A DNA stretch of 64,000 bases, from positions 10,664,001 to 10,728,000 of the forward strand of contig CM119377.1 in the NCBI GenBank assembly GCA_051294905.1, read 5' to 3'. Positions 1 to 17,900 of the stretch are shown in pieces. The stretch is from Botryllus schlosseri (taxonomy: Eukaryota). Numbering within the stretch: the first letter of the stretch is position 1; each line of letters opens with the position of its first letter. The translations under genes were made by a program, and so were the position numbers. Below the pieces are notes generated by a model. It saw nothing but the letters and a program-made list of their open reading frames with translations. It had not been told where the DNA came from and did no database searches.

Positions 1-703
1 CTTTTTTTTCAACTTGTATAATTATGCCAAATTGTGTAAATACTTTCCAAGGAGCATGCAGTATAAGCCTACGGACGATTTTCACCCGATATATCCGACG
101 GAGCCTATATATGATATGTAATGGTTAAGGTTAGAGCCCTGACGATGACCATCGACCGTGAAACGCCGCATAACGATGTAGTCCTGGTTAAAGACATTTT
201 CGGTCCGTATATGACAGGGGTAAGAAGCCTATACTTGGTTAAAGGAACTATATCACCCTATATGGTCAATTGTCAATGGCATTTCACTATGACGTCACAG
301 TTGAATATCCGTGACGTTAGGACTTGAAAAACATGTTTTAAACAAGGGCATTGTTTGAACCTGTTTGTTTCAAATTGATTTTTGTTTTAAATGCAACCCT
401 ATACGTGTAAAATTACAAATCAGGTTCCTGCTGGCTATGTGAATATGTTTTGATAATTCGTATACCACCGCCTTCCTCGAATGAGGGGCTTCCTTTAGAA
501 GAAATATTTCTTGGTAAAAATAAGTTTCGAGTATATATAGGCTACTTTTGTGTAGCCTATAGCCCGTACAGTACAATCTATTGACAAGTGTACAGTATCT
601 AGCAACAAGCATGGTAACTTCGTCCGTCTAGCTGTACTGAAAAGCCTTTAATTAAGAAAGGAATGTCGATTTGAACGTCCCTTTGCATGCCAGAGCGGCT
701 CAC

Positions 704-6503
<5,800 letters not shown>

Positions 6504-6909
6504 CATTGAACTATATAATTGGAAACGATGCGATGCTGCAGTAAATATAATAGGAATAAAAATTATTTTGGATTATGATGGGAGTAGTGTGTTGTGTGGT
6601 TTTCTGAAATCCTGCAATGCGGTCTCCACAATAGTGTATATTACTCGCGAACAACCAAGATTACCGTCGGTTTATTCAAATCTTCATCTCATAATTTCAG
6701 ATGTCATTGGCTGGTCCACGCATATCTATAATTTTATATTTAGCCTACTCATGCCCTTTTTCGGTAAAATACTGCATTTAATAGGAATATGACGTAGTAT
6801 ATTTTCGTCCTTGATGTTTTTGCGGCATATGCACCGACACATGATATACCTCATACTGTAGGAACTCGTAGAGCACACACGATCTGTGAATTGCATACAC
6901 ATACCATGG

Positions 6910-6985
6910 TCTGACCCGGCCGGGGATTGAATCCACGACCTACCGGTCAAAAAGTCACTCCATCGTTACTATGACCAAACCCACT
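6910..6985 (-). mobile_element. Possible tRNA-derived SINE head in the putative 5'UTR intron of beta-tubulin
   Basis: Minus strand GGTAGGTCGTGGATTCAATCCCCGGCCGGGTC resembles a Pol III B-box/T-arm; A-box is poor; no second copy in the window. Confidence 0.3.
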
Positions 6986-6996
6986 TATTTCTTACT

Positions 6997-7195
6997 TCCA
7001 ATTTACGAACGATATAATCATTCATTTTTGTAATCCCCCAACACGCTCGGTTCAGTAGCCTATATATGAGATCGGTATATACCGAACTCCCATCTATGTG
7101 AGATTGGTCTGCGTTCTGTTTGTCATGTCAACGGCTACGCTAAATTCCCGACGGACAATAATAACGAACCGTCGCTGAAAACGACAACCAACTTA
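6997..7195. promoter_or_regulatory. Candidate compact bidirectional promoter with two divergent non-coding first exons (tubulin minus, Spire plus)
   Basis: Minus-strand donor GTAAGA at 6996 pairs with acceptor TATAG at 6511; plus-strand donor GTAAGT at 7196 pairs with acceptor TTTCAG at 8731; ATTGG (CCAAT box) at 7103-7107 and TATATA near 7053-7058 lie between them. Confidence 0.5.
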
Positions 7196-8772
7196 GTAAG
7201 TAATTTAATATTAATTGAAGAAATTGTATCTTATACTGCTGATTGCGAAATGTTCAATTTTCCTGACTTCGCGGCGCTTGTAAGTCAACAACACTATGAA
7301 TATAGTGGATATTTATCATCCCTATGCAACAAAAAAAGTCATCAAACCCCCTAAATCTCAAGCCAACATATAGCTACCTACATCCATCTGAAAGTCGCAC
7401 AAAGACATACACAATCAACTAGACGTTGCTTCATGTTTAAATGTCTATTGGTTCCCCTGATTGAAATACGTGCGTAACAAGTAATTGCTGAAGAACTATA
7501 TGCTCTTCGCCGCTGAGTACGTTAACGCTGTGGGTATTGAATATGGTATTTGATAGAGCAATAAACAGCTGTAGCCTAGTGTCATTTGAATGCATAAATG
7601 TAGGGCACAGGCAATCGGGCATTAATTGCTCACTTGACGATATTACATGCTGCTAAGCGATGAAGGTTTCTCCGTTTTCTTGATATTTATATATTGCTGT
7701 TCAACTAGAATTCTATTCACGACTTTTCGAATTATACTTTCGGAAATTACCAACTGTTGAACCTATAGAGTGACTGATCCAGATTCTTAACATGCTTTTG
7801 CGAAGAAACAGTAGATCGCTATGGAAAATAAGCGTACGGTATCCACGTCCCACGTACATGGCAACACCAGTTTCAGTAACGAAATAAATTATTCAATTTC
7901 ATGATATATTCGTGATATATTTGTTTATTTGGTCGTTCATACTTCATAGTTGACTGTTCTATTCTTTTATGTAATTGATTTCGTTTGAATATCTATCAAT
8001 CACATCATGCTTTATGTCTTGACATGTATTCCGTTGATGCGTTGCTCTCTTTCGCAGAGCGAAATATCCATTCCGTTAATAACGAGGACGCCCTCGCCAT
8101 GACCTTCGTCGTCTAATGACCATGGACGACACAAAGCCAACAAGTTATATTCATTGCACTATTTCATCACCGTTGATTTTATTCATACATTTGAAAACTA
8201 TGAAACCAAAGAGGCAAGAATAGCAATATATGTCATCTTTTCCTGGTAGTGGGAAAAGATTGCGATTCCAGCTAAGGTTATACTGATAACTAACCCGTAA
8301 GTTAGTTATCTATAGTTATACAGCATACACCATGGCCTCATCTCATGGGTTAGTAATCTACGATACGACGTTCGTCGGTGAATCACTTTCGTCCACCGTC
8401 ACCGTTAGATGTCCTAACGGAGAAATCGATTGTTTTTTCTCTTGACTAATCAACCGTGGCAAGACACGAATAAAGCGATCTTCAAATTTCTCATTCAGTC
8501 TCGGAAAACCTTGCGAGTGAACAACACACTAATTACATGCGGGAGGCTGGAGTGGATAGGTTACACGTTGAAAATGTTTGAGCTGATTGAAGAGGCGTAA
8601 TCGTTTTGGATTAGGTAGTAGGCTCTTCTCGATGTCGGTTCCGTCCTTTTGCATGTACCGGTATTGTGCATCGATATTCCAGATCATATGATTCAACATG
8701 CAGTAGTGTAATATCATTTGTCGAATTTCAGATGTACCTTTTAGAGTAGGGATTATTAGGCTTCCTACCATA

Positions 8773-8991
8773 ATGAACCTCGCGGAAATAATTCAAGTTT
8801 TCAACACCTCTCTGAACGAAGAACAAATTTGGGCTGTCTGTTATCAATACGTAAAACGATTCATTGCCAACCGAACTGCTGAAGGCTACTCGAAAGGATA
8901 CGCCATCGCTACTGATCTGGAATCGGTATGCGTAAGCAAAGATGGGGAGATATCAGTGGTCGAGGAAAGGTTAGAGAGCTCCGACAGAAGG
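8773..8991 (+). CDS. SPIRE: Spire coding exon 1 (KIND N-terminus)
   Basis: MNLAEIIQVFNTSLNEEQIWAVCYQ...; donor GTAAGT, phase 0. Confidence 0.92.
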
Positions 8992-11900
8992 GTAAGTTCA
9001 TTTCATTCTAATTCATTCATCTTTACTACGGCATTTGCTGTACATTATGGCGACGGATAACGAGCAAACGTGACTGACTTGCCAGGATTTATTAAGGATA
9101 GTTGACGGTCATTTGCGCGCATTCGAGCAGTTGAACCGGGTCTAGTAAAGATCATATTGTGGGATTTCATGGTCCGGGGTCAAGTTCCGCTAATACTTCC
9201 AAAACTGGTGTTATCGACTGTTAATGTGCAAAATTTAACTGAATTCGGTTCCTTGTTTCACTTCCTTGCATAGTTGCGCACACTTTTGAATCTGATTTCA
9301 GTCCTCGGGTCCTCGCACGGTCACAGCCCGCAAAATTGCACTCCGACGAAAATGCTAATTCGAGCTCCGAGCGCCGATCTGATTTGTTCGGGCATAATTT
9401 GAATGTTCAGCTACTTTTATTTGCGAATCATGCATTCGAACCCTCAGGCAGCACCATGTGAACTACCGCACCCATTGTTTCTTACTACCAACCACAATAG
9501 CGGTCAAGGAAATCGCAACTAGGCACTGGGAATACCTGGAGCAAAATACTGGGGTAGTGCATTAATTTGGGATTATTAGAGAAATAATTATATACACTTA
9601 TGTATTACTCGATGGTATATATGTTGCGTTTATTTATCGAAGTCTTGTTTTGTATTCGATCACAGTTTCTTATCCTATTACCAATCTACATCTATTGTTT
9701 GAATTTGTATTTATCCGTTGCAAAGTCACACGATCATTACGCTGTATTTCGCTGTTAGTCTTAATCGGATGAGAAGTTGATTACAAGAGGTCAGCTCTAA
9801 TCGCGACATTGGAAAATGGATACCATTGCAATTACTCAAGGATGAAATCATAGCCCCGCGAATGCAGCATTTATTGTGTGGGGTATATTTCGTTTATATC
9901 CAAATTTTAAACCCTCTGGTGCAGTTGCAGTGTAATCTTACGTGAGCTTCTGTGCATGATAAGATCGATTTTATAGATTTTCCCTAGCCTTCTATATGAT
10001 GTGAAAAAGTCGAGCATCGCCTTTGGCGATTCGTTCTCGCAATGTATCGCAGCCACTGCATCGTTTCGTTATCTGATAAATGGCGTTGATGTGCTAATTT
10101 ACGCGATCAAACATTGTCGTGCTGTTTATTGCTGGCTTCAGATAAGGATATACGTGTTTCAAAAATTGACATGCGCCTTCCAAAGCATTCGTACGATGCC
10201 GTTGATGTTGCCTGTTCAACTTCTATATAATCGCATGTCGTTGTATTATCACGCGTCGAGCTGTGGGGCGATAGATTTTACGTTGGTCATTATTTTTAAC
10301 GTTCAACTGCTCGCATGAATCACTGGTTGTGATTATGATTACTGATTCCGATAATACATAATTGGTGACATTGGTGACAGCTATATATTTACGTGTGCGA
10401 TCACAGTCGGCTAGCGTAGGGTACGTATATCGCGTATTATAACCAGCGCAGTATATATTTTTGTTACGTCAATCGAATCGGATTTCGTCGGTTCTACCGA
10501 AAATACGGCGTGTTAGTGTTGTTATTGAGATATCACACAATTTTGAACGTGCCGCGCCCTTACTATGAGAGGCACTCGTTTTGGCTTTGAAGTGTTTCCA
10601 CGGAGGACACTTGAAGATGTCTACTGGCGTATTGCAATGCCTCGACCTGCTTCCCACGCTACTTTTATTTCTGCGTTGCGCGGATATTGGTATTTTGTAT
10701 ATGCGCGACCTATTGCAGCCGGAAAGAACTGTGTGCAGCGGCGTTGAATGGAATAAAAAACGCGCGATAACTGTGTCCCGTCGTAGGGTGAGACAATCTC
10801 TATTTTCATACCGTGTCATCGTCACGGGACCATTTCGTAATGATATCGGGCCGTTGTCTTTTATTGAAAGTAATGTTTAAACGCGACACCGTTTCGAATA
10901 CAAATCATGGCTTGAGTAAACATGAATTTTTTTCCCCGTCGCGTCAGGTCACGGCGTAATCGCCGTTGGTAATTTGAAAAGTGCAGTGCGTATAGGGTCA
11001 GTGTCAAAGCGTTGTTGTGCCGTGGCCTTGTGTATTTTTAAGACAACATTAAAATGCCTCAATAACTGCTGCCCGTTGATACTTCGTCGCGTTCACACAT
11101 CATAACAACTGCAACTGCCCCACAATAAATAATCTTGCTACTATATTTGTGCTCTAACATACTTGTGCTACGATACATGGTTCTAATGGACAGTTACCTT
11201 GACAATGGCTTTGGATAATATTCGTGATGGGCAACATAAATGCGCTTGTGGCTCTGTTGTAGTTCTAGTTTAATTGAGATTGTTCTTGTACTTAATGACT
11301 ATGCTATGAATATAGACCGCTGGACCTCATCATCTCACCCCTCTCTCTCTCAGTCGTGAAAATCTAATTGGTAGAGATTTCGTATTGTGGCCAAAGCTAA
11401 CATAATTACAGTATGTAACTTTCGATGATAGATATTCTGTAGTATAGGTGTTCGGTAGGCGAATGGAATCTGACCTTACCTAATGTACTTATTTGCTTTG
11501 CGTGCTGTTTGAAATCGTAGTGCTTGAACATGTGGATTTGCTTGTGATAACACTGATACGCGGGTAAACACGGGTCTTCCCGGCGCGGGCAAAACTTGTT
11601 CGGTGTGTCAAGTGTTTCGCGTAAGAAGTGTGGCAAGATTTCCAACGGCCAGCTAAAATCACTGATGTCTATTAGAAGCACTGGAATATATACTCGTTCT
11701 TTGCGTATACAAATAGACTGTCATAAAGTTCGTTGCTTTGGAATTGATACTTCATTAGGGATTTATTATACTTAGTCATTTTCCTAAGTTACTCAAGCAT
11801 GGCGAATTCCAGTGATAATAAAGTAAGGGTGACGCCAATTGCAAGCAATATGCCACATTGCTAGTACGGTGTTTAATGTTTATTCCATGATATACTGCCT

Positions 11901-14900
11901 ATACAGAAAAGTATATTGTGACATTATGCAACTGTAATTTAGTAGATTAAAAGGGTGAAAACGCAGTCAACTCGAGAACAGCTAACCACCACATTCGAAA
12001 TCAGAATTAACGCAGATCTTGTCATAAAAAGCTTCAAGATCACTCTCATCTTATGATTGTAACTAACGTTAAATATCATTCATGAAAGTAATCAGACATG
12101 TGTAAGTAAACACGTCGCAACACGGTAGACGCAATATGAGCGTTAGGAATGACGATTCAAAATGTGCGTCTTCGTGATCGATGCATATTTAAAAAAATGC
12201 TTGATGCCGTTTACGTAAGGCTCAGCCGAGCATGGGGCTCGGCGAGTCATTGAATAATTAATATAGTCGTATGCTGTAAAGTCGTATTGAATGGTGCTGT
12301 TTCTCTATATGTTATATGCGAAGAGCACGAGATTTGGAAAACTGTATTGCAACTATATGTTTTTCTTCAACAAAATATAGCCTAACGATCATTGGCTACG
12401 TTTACTAAAGTCTAAAATCGTGGTGACGCAGTGTCAGTTGATGCAATTGTGTTTGGAGCAATTTTCTGATTCAGTTGCGCGTCAGAAATGAACGTCACTT
12501 CCAACACTGCAACATCTTAAAAAACCTGCTAGTGTTCGCCCGACATTTTGAACTCTACTGTAAAATCAATTTATATTACATTGTGCGCTGTACCGACGTG
12601 CCCCGCCGCAATACCTTCACATTCATGTGGTACTCGGGGAACTGGGGCGCTCTGTTTTTTCGGCATACGCTTAGGGTAGTGCGGGGCCTACGATAAGTTA
12701 AGTTATCGTAGGCCCCGGGTAGTGTGATATCATCTTTTGTAATGAAACATTTACCGTAGTGGCCCTCTGATAAAACCGTGTCGGAACTGCCTGTTGGGTT
12801 CGATATTCATAAATATGCAATCTTCATTTAAACGGGCCAATCTCCTGTACAGTTTCATCTCGTAACTAACCGCGATGCGAATCTTCTGATATCCACAATA
12901 TACCAGTTACCGGATACGGATTTAGTTAAAATTATACTAGCTTTAGGAAACTGTTGTCTTCTACCTTTTGCCCGATAACAGTAATTCCATATGATTGATT
13001 TGACTTTCAGATAACCCGACTCGATATCGTTAAATCTAACCCGTATTCGTGATTTGAGCTTCGAATCCGTAATTCGTTGCGTGTCGTGCGCAATGCACAT
13101 ATCCAATTCCAGCGAATCGAATCCGTTGAAAATTCGCATGATGGCATGAATATTCAGAGTCATCGCAAGTCTCTTCTCCAAATTTCAATCCGCCTTCGTC
13201 GAAGTCGTAATTCCAAACCTTTCGACCCAACCGAAATATTTAATAAATCGATGCGATTCGGTTCCGTGTCACGTGACGTGTCAAGCAAGACCCTAGGAAT
13301 TTGCAATCAATTAAACCGGAGTAAACGCGTTGCTCCCTGTCAGGTGTTTGAGATTTGGAATTATTTATGCCGGTGTTTCTTAACCGTAGGTCGTAGAGCC
13401 AGTCTCGTGGGTTCGGCGGAAGTCAAGACAGATTTGCTCTGAAGTGTAATATTGTTGATATGTCTCATGATCGTGTTTCACGGTTTTTGGCCATTAAACA
13501 CTGTTGTTGACGCACAGTTCATTTTGTGCACCAGTATGGAGTATTATATAGAAGTGTTTTAGATGTGCAATAGTGTAACATGGTAGATTTTCGTAACGCC
13601 GGAGGCTTGGAGACTAGCGCAACGGTTCGTCTGGTTAGCAAAGGGTAATAACCACCGCTTTATGTGCTTTCAGCTTATCGACGCGTTTGGAAGAGTACTT
13701 TTCGAGGCCTCGGACTACCGCACCGATCTGAACGATGAAAACGCGATCGGCCCGGACCTCGAGCGTCTCATCGAGAGAATGACCGTGGCCTACGACGGCA
13801 TTCTGACGGAAGAGGACGACGAGGGCTACGAGGACTACGAAGAGGAACACCACAGCCTCGATCACGGGCCGTGCACCTGGGAGATCTTAAAGAAGGTCTG
13901 TTTTTACGAGCTTTCTATTATTGATGATATCTGATTTCGCACCGTACTACCCGTTGATGTATGCAGCGCTCATATTGCATAAGCTTTTGTTAGAGTTAGA
14001 TTGATAGACAGAGCGCATTAGTTATGTTGATGTTGATCATTCCGCACAGCTGATGCATACCGTAAACAGTCCTGGGCTTCCTTGTTAGCGCTTTTTGCCG
14101 CTACATTTCCAATCCCTATTAACGCAGGGTGGGATTTCGAAGTCTATTGATTATTTCGAAGATTGTCTTCCTGCCGTTTTGCAGTGAAAAGGCAGGCGTA
14201 TGAGCGTAAATGATCTCTGTCTACCCGCACCTGCATATTGTGTGCGGCATTGAACTTGCAATTATGCGAGACAAGCCGACTTTTATTATACGAGAAACAA
14301 AGAGTGGCGTGTCGTTTCCAAACGCGGTCGATTTTGCATCGATCTTGTTGCGATCCGTTGCTGCACGAATATAATGGGATCTACGGTTTGATACCGATCA
14401 AGGAATACGCACAGGCTAAAACAGAGAACGTATAAAGTGACTTGATACAGCGAGCGACTTGAATCTGTGACGTAACAGAGAAAGATGTAACTCGCGAGAC
14501 TTAGATGTGTGACGACACAGTTGAATTTACGCTAGGCTTCATTTCGTCCGAGACGGTTTAGGCTTGTATGCATCCTGCAATGCAACGCTATCGATTTTAT
14601 ATTCAATATCGTCTTACTTTTTTAGAACTGTAGTTTGTGTGCTTCGTTTATGGTTTTGTAGACCCGCGTGTTTTTACGATTAGGAATGGTGTCAGTCGAT
14701 GAATTGCTAGCTATTCGGGAGAAAATCAGTCGGGAACGTTCCCGGGTGAACTTACGGCGTAGGCTCAAGCTTTTACAACTCACGGCCCCTGAGGAACACT
14801 TTCATCGAGGGTACAGTGTCCGCGTAACCGAAGTTACAGCGGCATGTCGGATGGTAGCCTACGGCGCGGCTTGGATCATGCTGCTTCTGTGTTTGTTTCT

Positions 14901-17900
14901 GGCTGTCGACGCCGTGGGTAGACTCGCGATCGCTTTTATTTTCGGCTTCGTCGTTGTTCTGGCGGTCAAGTTCGTGGATGACGTGCTGGATCAATTCAAC
15001 AAAATTCGGACTACTGTCGATATTCCTTTATTGAAAGTAAGGTGGTGTCTAACTTGACAGAGTGACCATAGAATTCAGAATGTTTAGATTCAATCGCGAG
15101 AAGCACAATGCACATGCGCTATTTATGTCGGCAGTCTTGATGCTGCGTACTAAAATTTTCCATGATAGATACGTAAAGCGGCAACTGTGCAAGGTTATGA
15201 TCAAGCCGTGAGGTTCTGAGCGACAAGTCATTCCTGTGATCTCAACTTTTGACTCGAGTCCGGTCCAGTCATTTTCATTTCTCCATTGAGTCAAGTCCAA
15301 GTCAATACAGAAGGCGGAGTAGTCCAAGTCATTGTGCGAGTCGTGGTGAACTGGTCATGCTGTGCGTATGTATGGAATTGTATTGAATTGTCATGCAGCA
15401 ATCATGAGATTATCGCTTAGCTATTTAATCAGAGATTAAAGGAGGATCAGAGGAAATTTTATGGGTAAATCCCATTCAAACGTTTGACTTGGTCGTAATG
15501 GCAAGTCGAGTCGCCAAAAAATTCAGACTCCAGTCACTACAACCCCCGGGACAGTACAAAAGACCCCTCCGCGAGAGATTGTGGATGCGCCCACACCCCA
15601 CATCGAAATACGCGTCAAGTGGCTACGCGGCTCTTGGTTGAAATATCGGACACTTTGTGAACGAATACGATGCTTGAATTTCCGAGTAAGTCTGATTTCC
15701 GAATTTTCGTTACAGCTGTGCGAAGAGCACTTGGATAAGCCTTCCAAGGCAAACGAACACTATCTCGCGGTATGCCGCGCGCTCATCACGGAAGCAGTCG
15801 ACCTGAAGTCGTTTCTGGAAAAAGTCTCCACTGCTGGAGAGGTGAGTGCGGATGCAAAAACATTTTTCGGTCTTCCGTTTCTGTGTGTTGGAAATTGGTA
15901 ATGCTATGTAAATTTGCCTTTTACCAATGCACTCTGGTTAGAATTCAGATTTTATAGTGATCGTAGTTTGATAATATACTGTGCAAGTTATGAATTCTAG
16001 TCCCTTTTTTATTTACTCGTTTATTTATTTATTTTTTATTCTGTGAAAATCACATTTTAACGAAAATTTAGTCATGGATCACTCACGCACAAAAAAGGCA
16101 GCTAAATCGAGAAATCATTTGTTCGTAATCTAGATTATAAACTTAACACGTTCAGCTTATATCAAGCTAGTTACTGCAGTAATCTTACCAACGAAATAGT
16201 CCCGGTCAGAATACAGCCTGTAAGGCACATCGTCCCGTTAGGTTTTCCATGATCAAGTTGTGCTGAAATGTAATTATTTCCACGAACGATAGCCGTGTAC
16301 TGTGTACTCGTACACGTCACTGCTCCAAGTGTCGTCAAGAATGTTGACAATCATAGAGCCCAACCTACCGAAATTAACGAAGCGACAACTCCTCCAATTA
16401 TATCACGCCGCACTACAAAAGCCCTGATTTAACGTCCGCTTCCTTAGTCTATTGTCGCACGCATTCCTTGCGGGCGATCCTGTCTTTTCGATATGTTACG
16501 GTGGTTGGACTTGAACTCATAAGTTGTAAGAGCAGAAACTATACGCTTTCACAAGACCGAAACGGTGGTGTTTGTAGTCGTTATGCGGAAGAGCCGTGTT
16601 TAGCGAGGATGCCCATTGCTCAACCAAATGGAAATGTCCTTAAAATTGTAGGCGTATTAACTGGAGTATTACGCGGCATAACTTTGAGTACTATTTCAGT
16701 CCACAATTAATCTGTTTTCATAACGCGTCTACTTCCATTCGTACCTTCAAAATCATCAAATACTGTTTTCGGACGATATTCATAATCATATGTCACATCG
16801 AGTCAAATATCTCGGCGACATTTTCTCCATTGTCTCGCGTAATTAGACCCGTGTTTTCGGCGGAATACGGCGTTAATCCGCGCCTTTGACACTCGAAAAT
16901 GCGACGATAGATATCCGCTGCGCGACTGACTCACGAAATGTAGCGTTTACGAATGCCGGTAATCGGTTCCTTAATCTCGCCGTCGTTGTATCACGGCGCT
17001 ATTTGATATTTTTCGCAGTTTGTTGTATACATATTTCGGTTTCGCGGCTCTGTCGATCTCGCTCAGGAAATATATGCTTACGACTGCATTTACTGGGTTT
17101 TTGTAGCCCGGCGTTGCTGTAATTTGTGCGCTTTACGGTCATTAACGTGTTCTAAGCGCCGTTGTAGTACTTTTTCCCTGCCACGATTGCTCTTGTGTTG
17201 CTCAAATATAGGTCATAATTTTGACATAATAAGGCACGTTTTGATAATCATAATAATGGAAATATTGAATTTAGTGGCATTTTCGTCGGCAAATCGCGAT
17301 TGTATTCTACATAAGTGAAGGTTCGCACGGTCCCGCTTACACTAGGGCTCTTCAAAAATGACTTTTTTCCTCAAATCGTACTGGCTACTTGATAAAATTG
17401 TTCGGTTACCTAATTTAAGCCTACAGACCAAATTTGGTTCAATTCCAACCAGTAGCCGCATTGCTACAGGAGAAAAAGTTTCTATTTATTATATAAAAAT
17501 AAATAACAAAAAATTTGAAAATTTTCTGCTCACCCCATGAAAGTGTTAGGTTGTCTATAGAAACGATGTTCACCAAATTTGGTTCAATTTCAAACAGTGG
17601 AAACGGAGTAATTGCTGTCGAAAAATTTGGATTATGAATAAAATAGTATTTACGGTGACCAAATCTTTAATTATTTATTTTAGTGGTGCTCACCGTAAAT
17701 ACTAATTTATTCAAATCCACATTTTTCGACGGAAATAACTCCGCTTCCACTGTTTGAAATTGAACAAATTTGGTGAACATCGTTTCTATAGACAACCTAA
17801 CACTTTCATGGGGTGAACAGAAAATTTTCAAATTTTCTGTTATTTATTTTTATAAACTAAATAGAAACTTTCTGCTCCTGTAGCAATGCGGCTACTGGTT

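Noticed and set aside
8360-8771. Minus-strand frame of about 137 codons with a single stop, antisense to the Spire leader
   Set aside because: No recognisable domain or splice structure; two moderate ORFs in one frame can occur by chance.
12219-12248. Other short hairpins (12219-12248, 3949-3972, 21482-21495, 35527-35545, 44368-44381)
   Set aside because: Checked for flanking direct repeats and none were found, unlike the four reported micro-insertions.
10001-13442. Several 100-120 aa ORFs on both strands in Spire intron 1, including a KVWNYDF word resembling CDK inhibitors
   Set aside because: CpG-rich sequence has few stops; no phase-compatible splice sites, and the rest of the CDI motif is absent.
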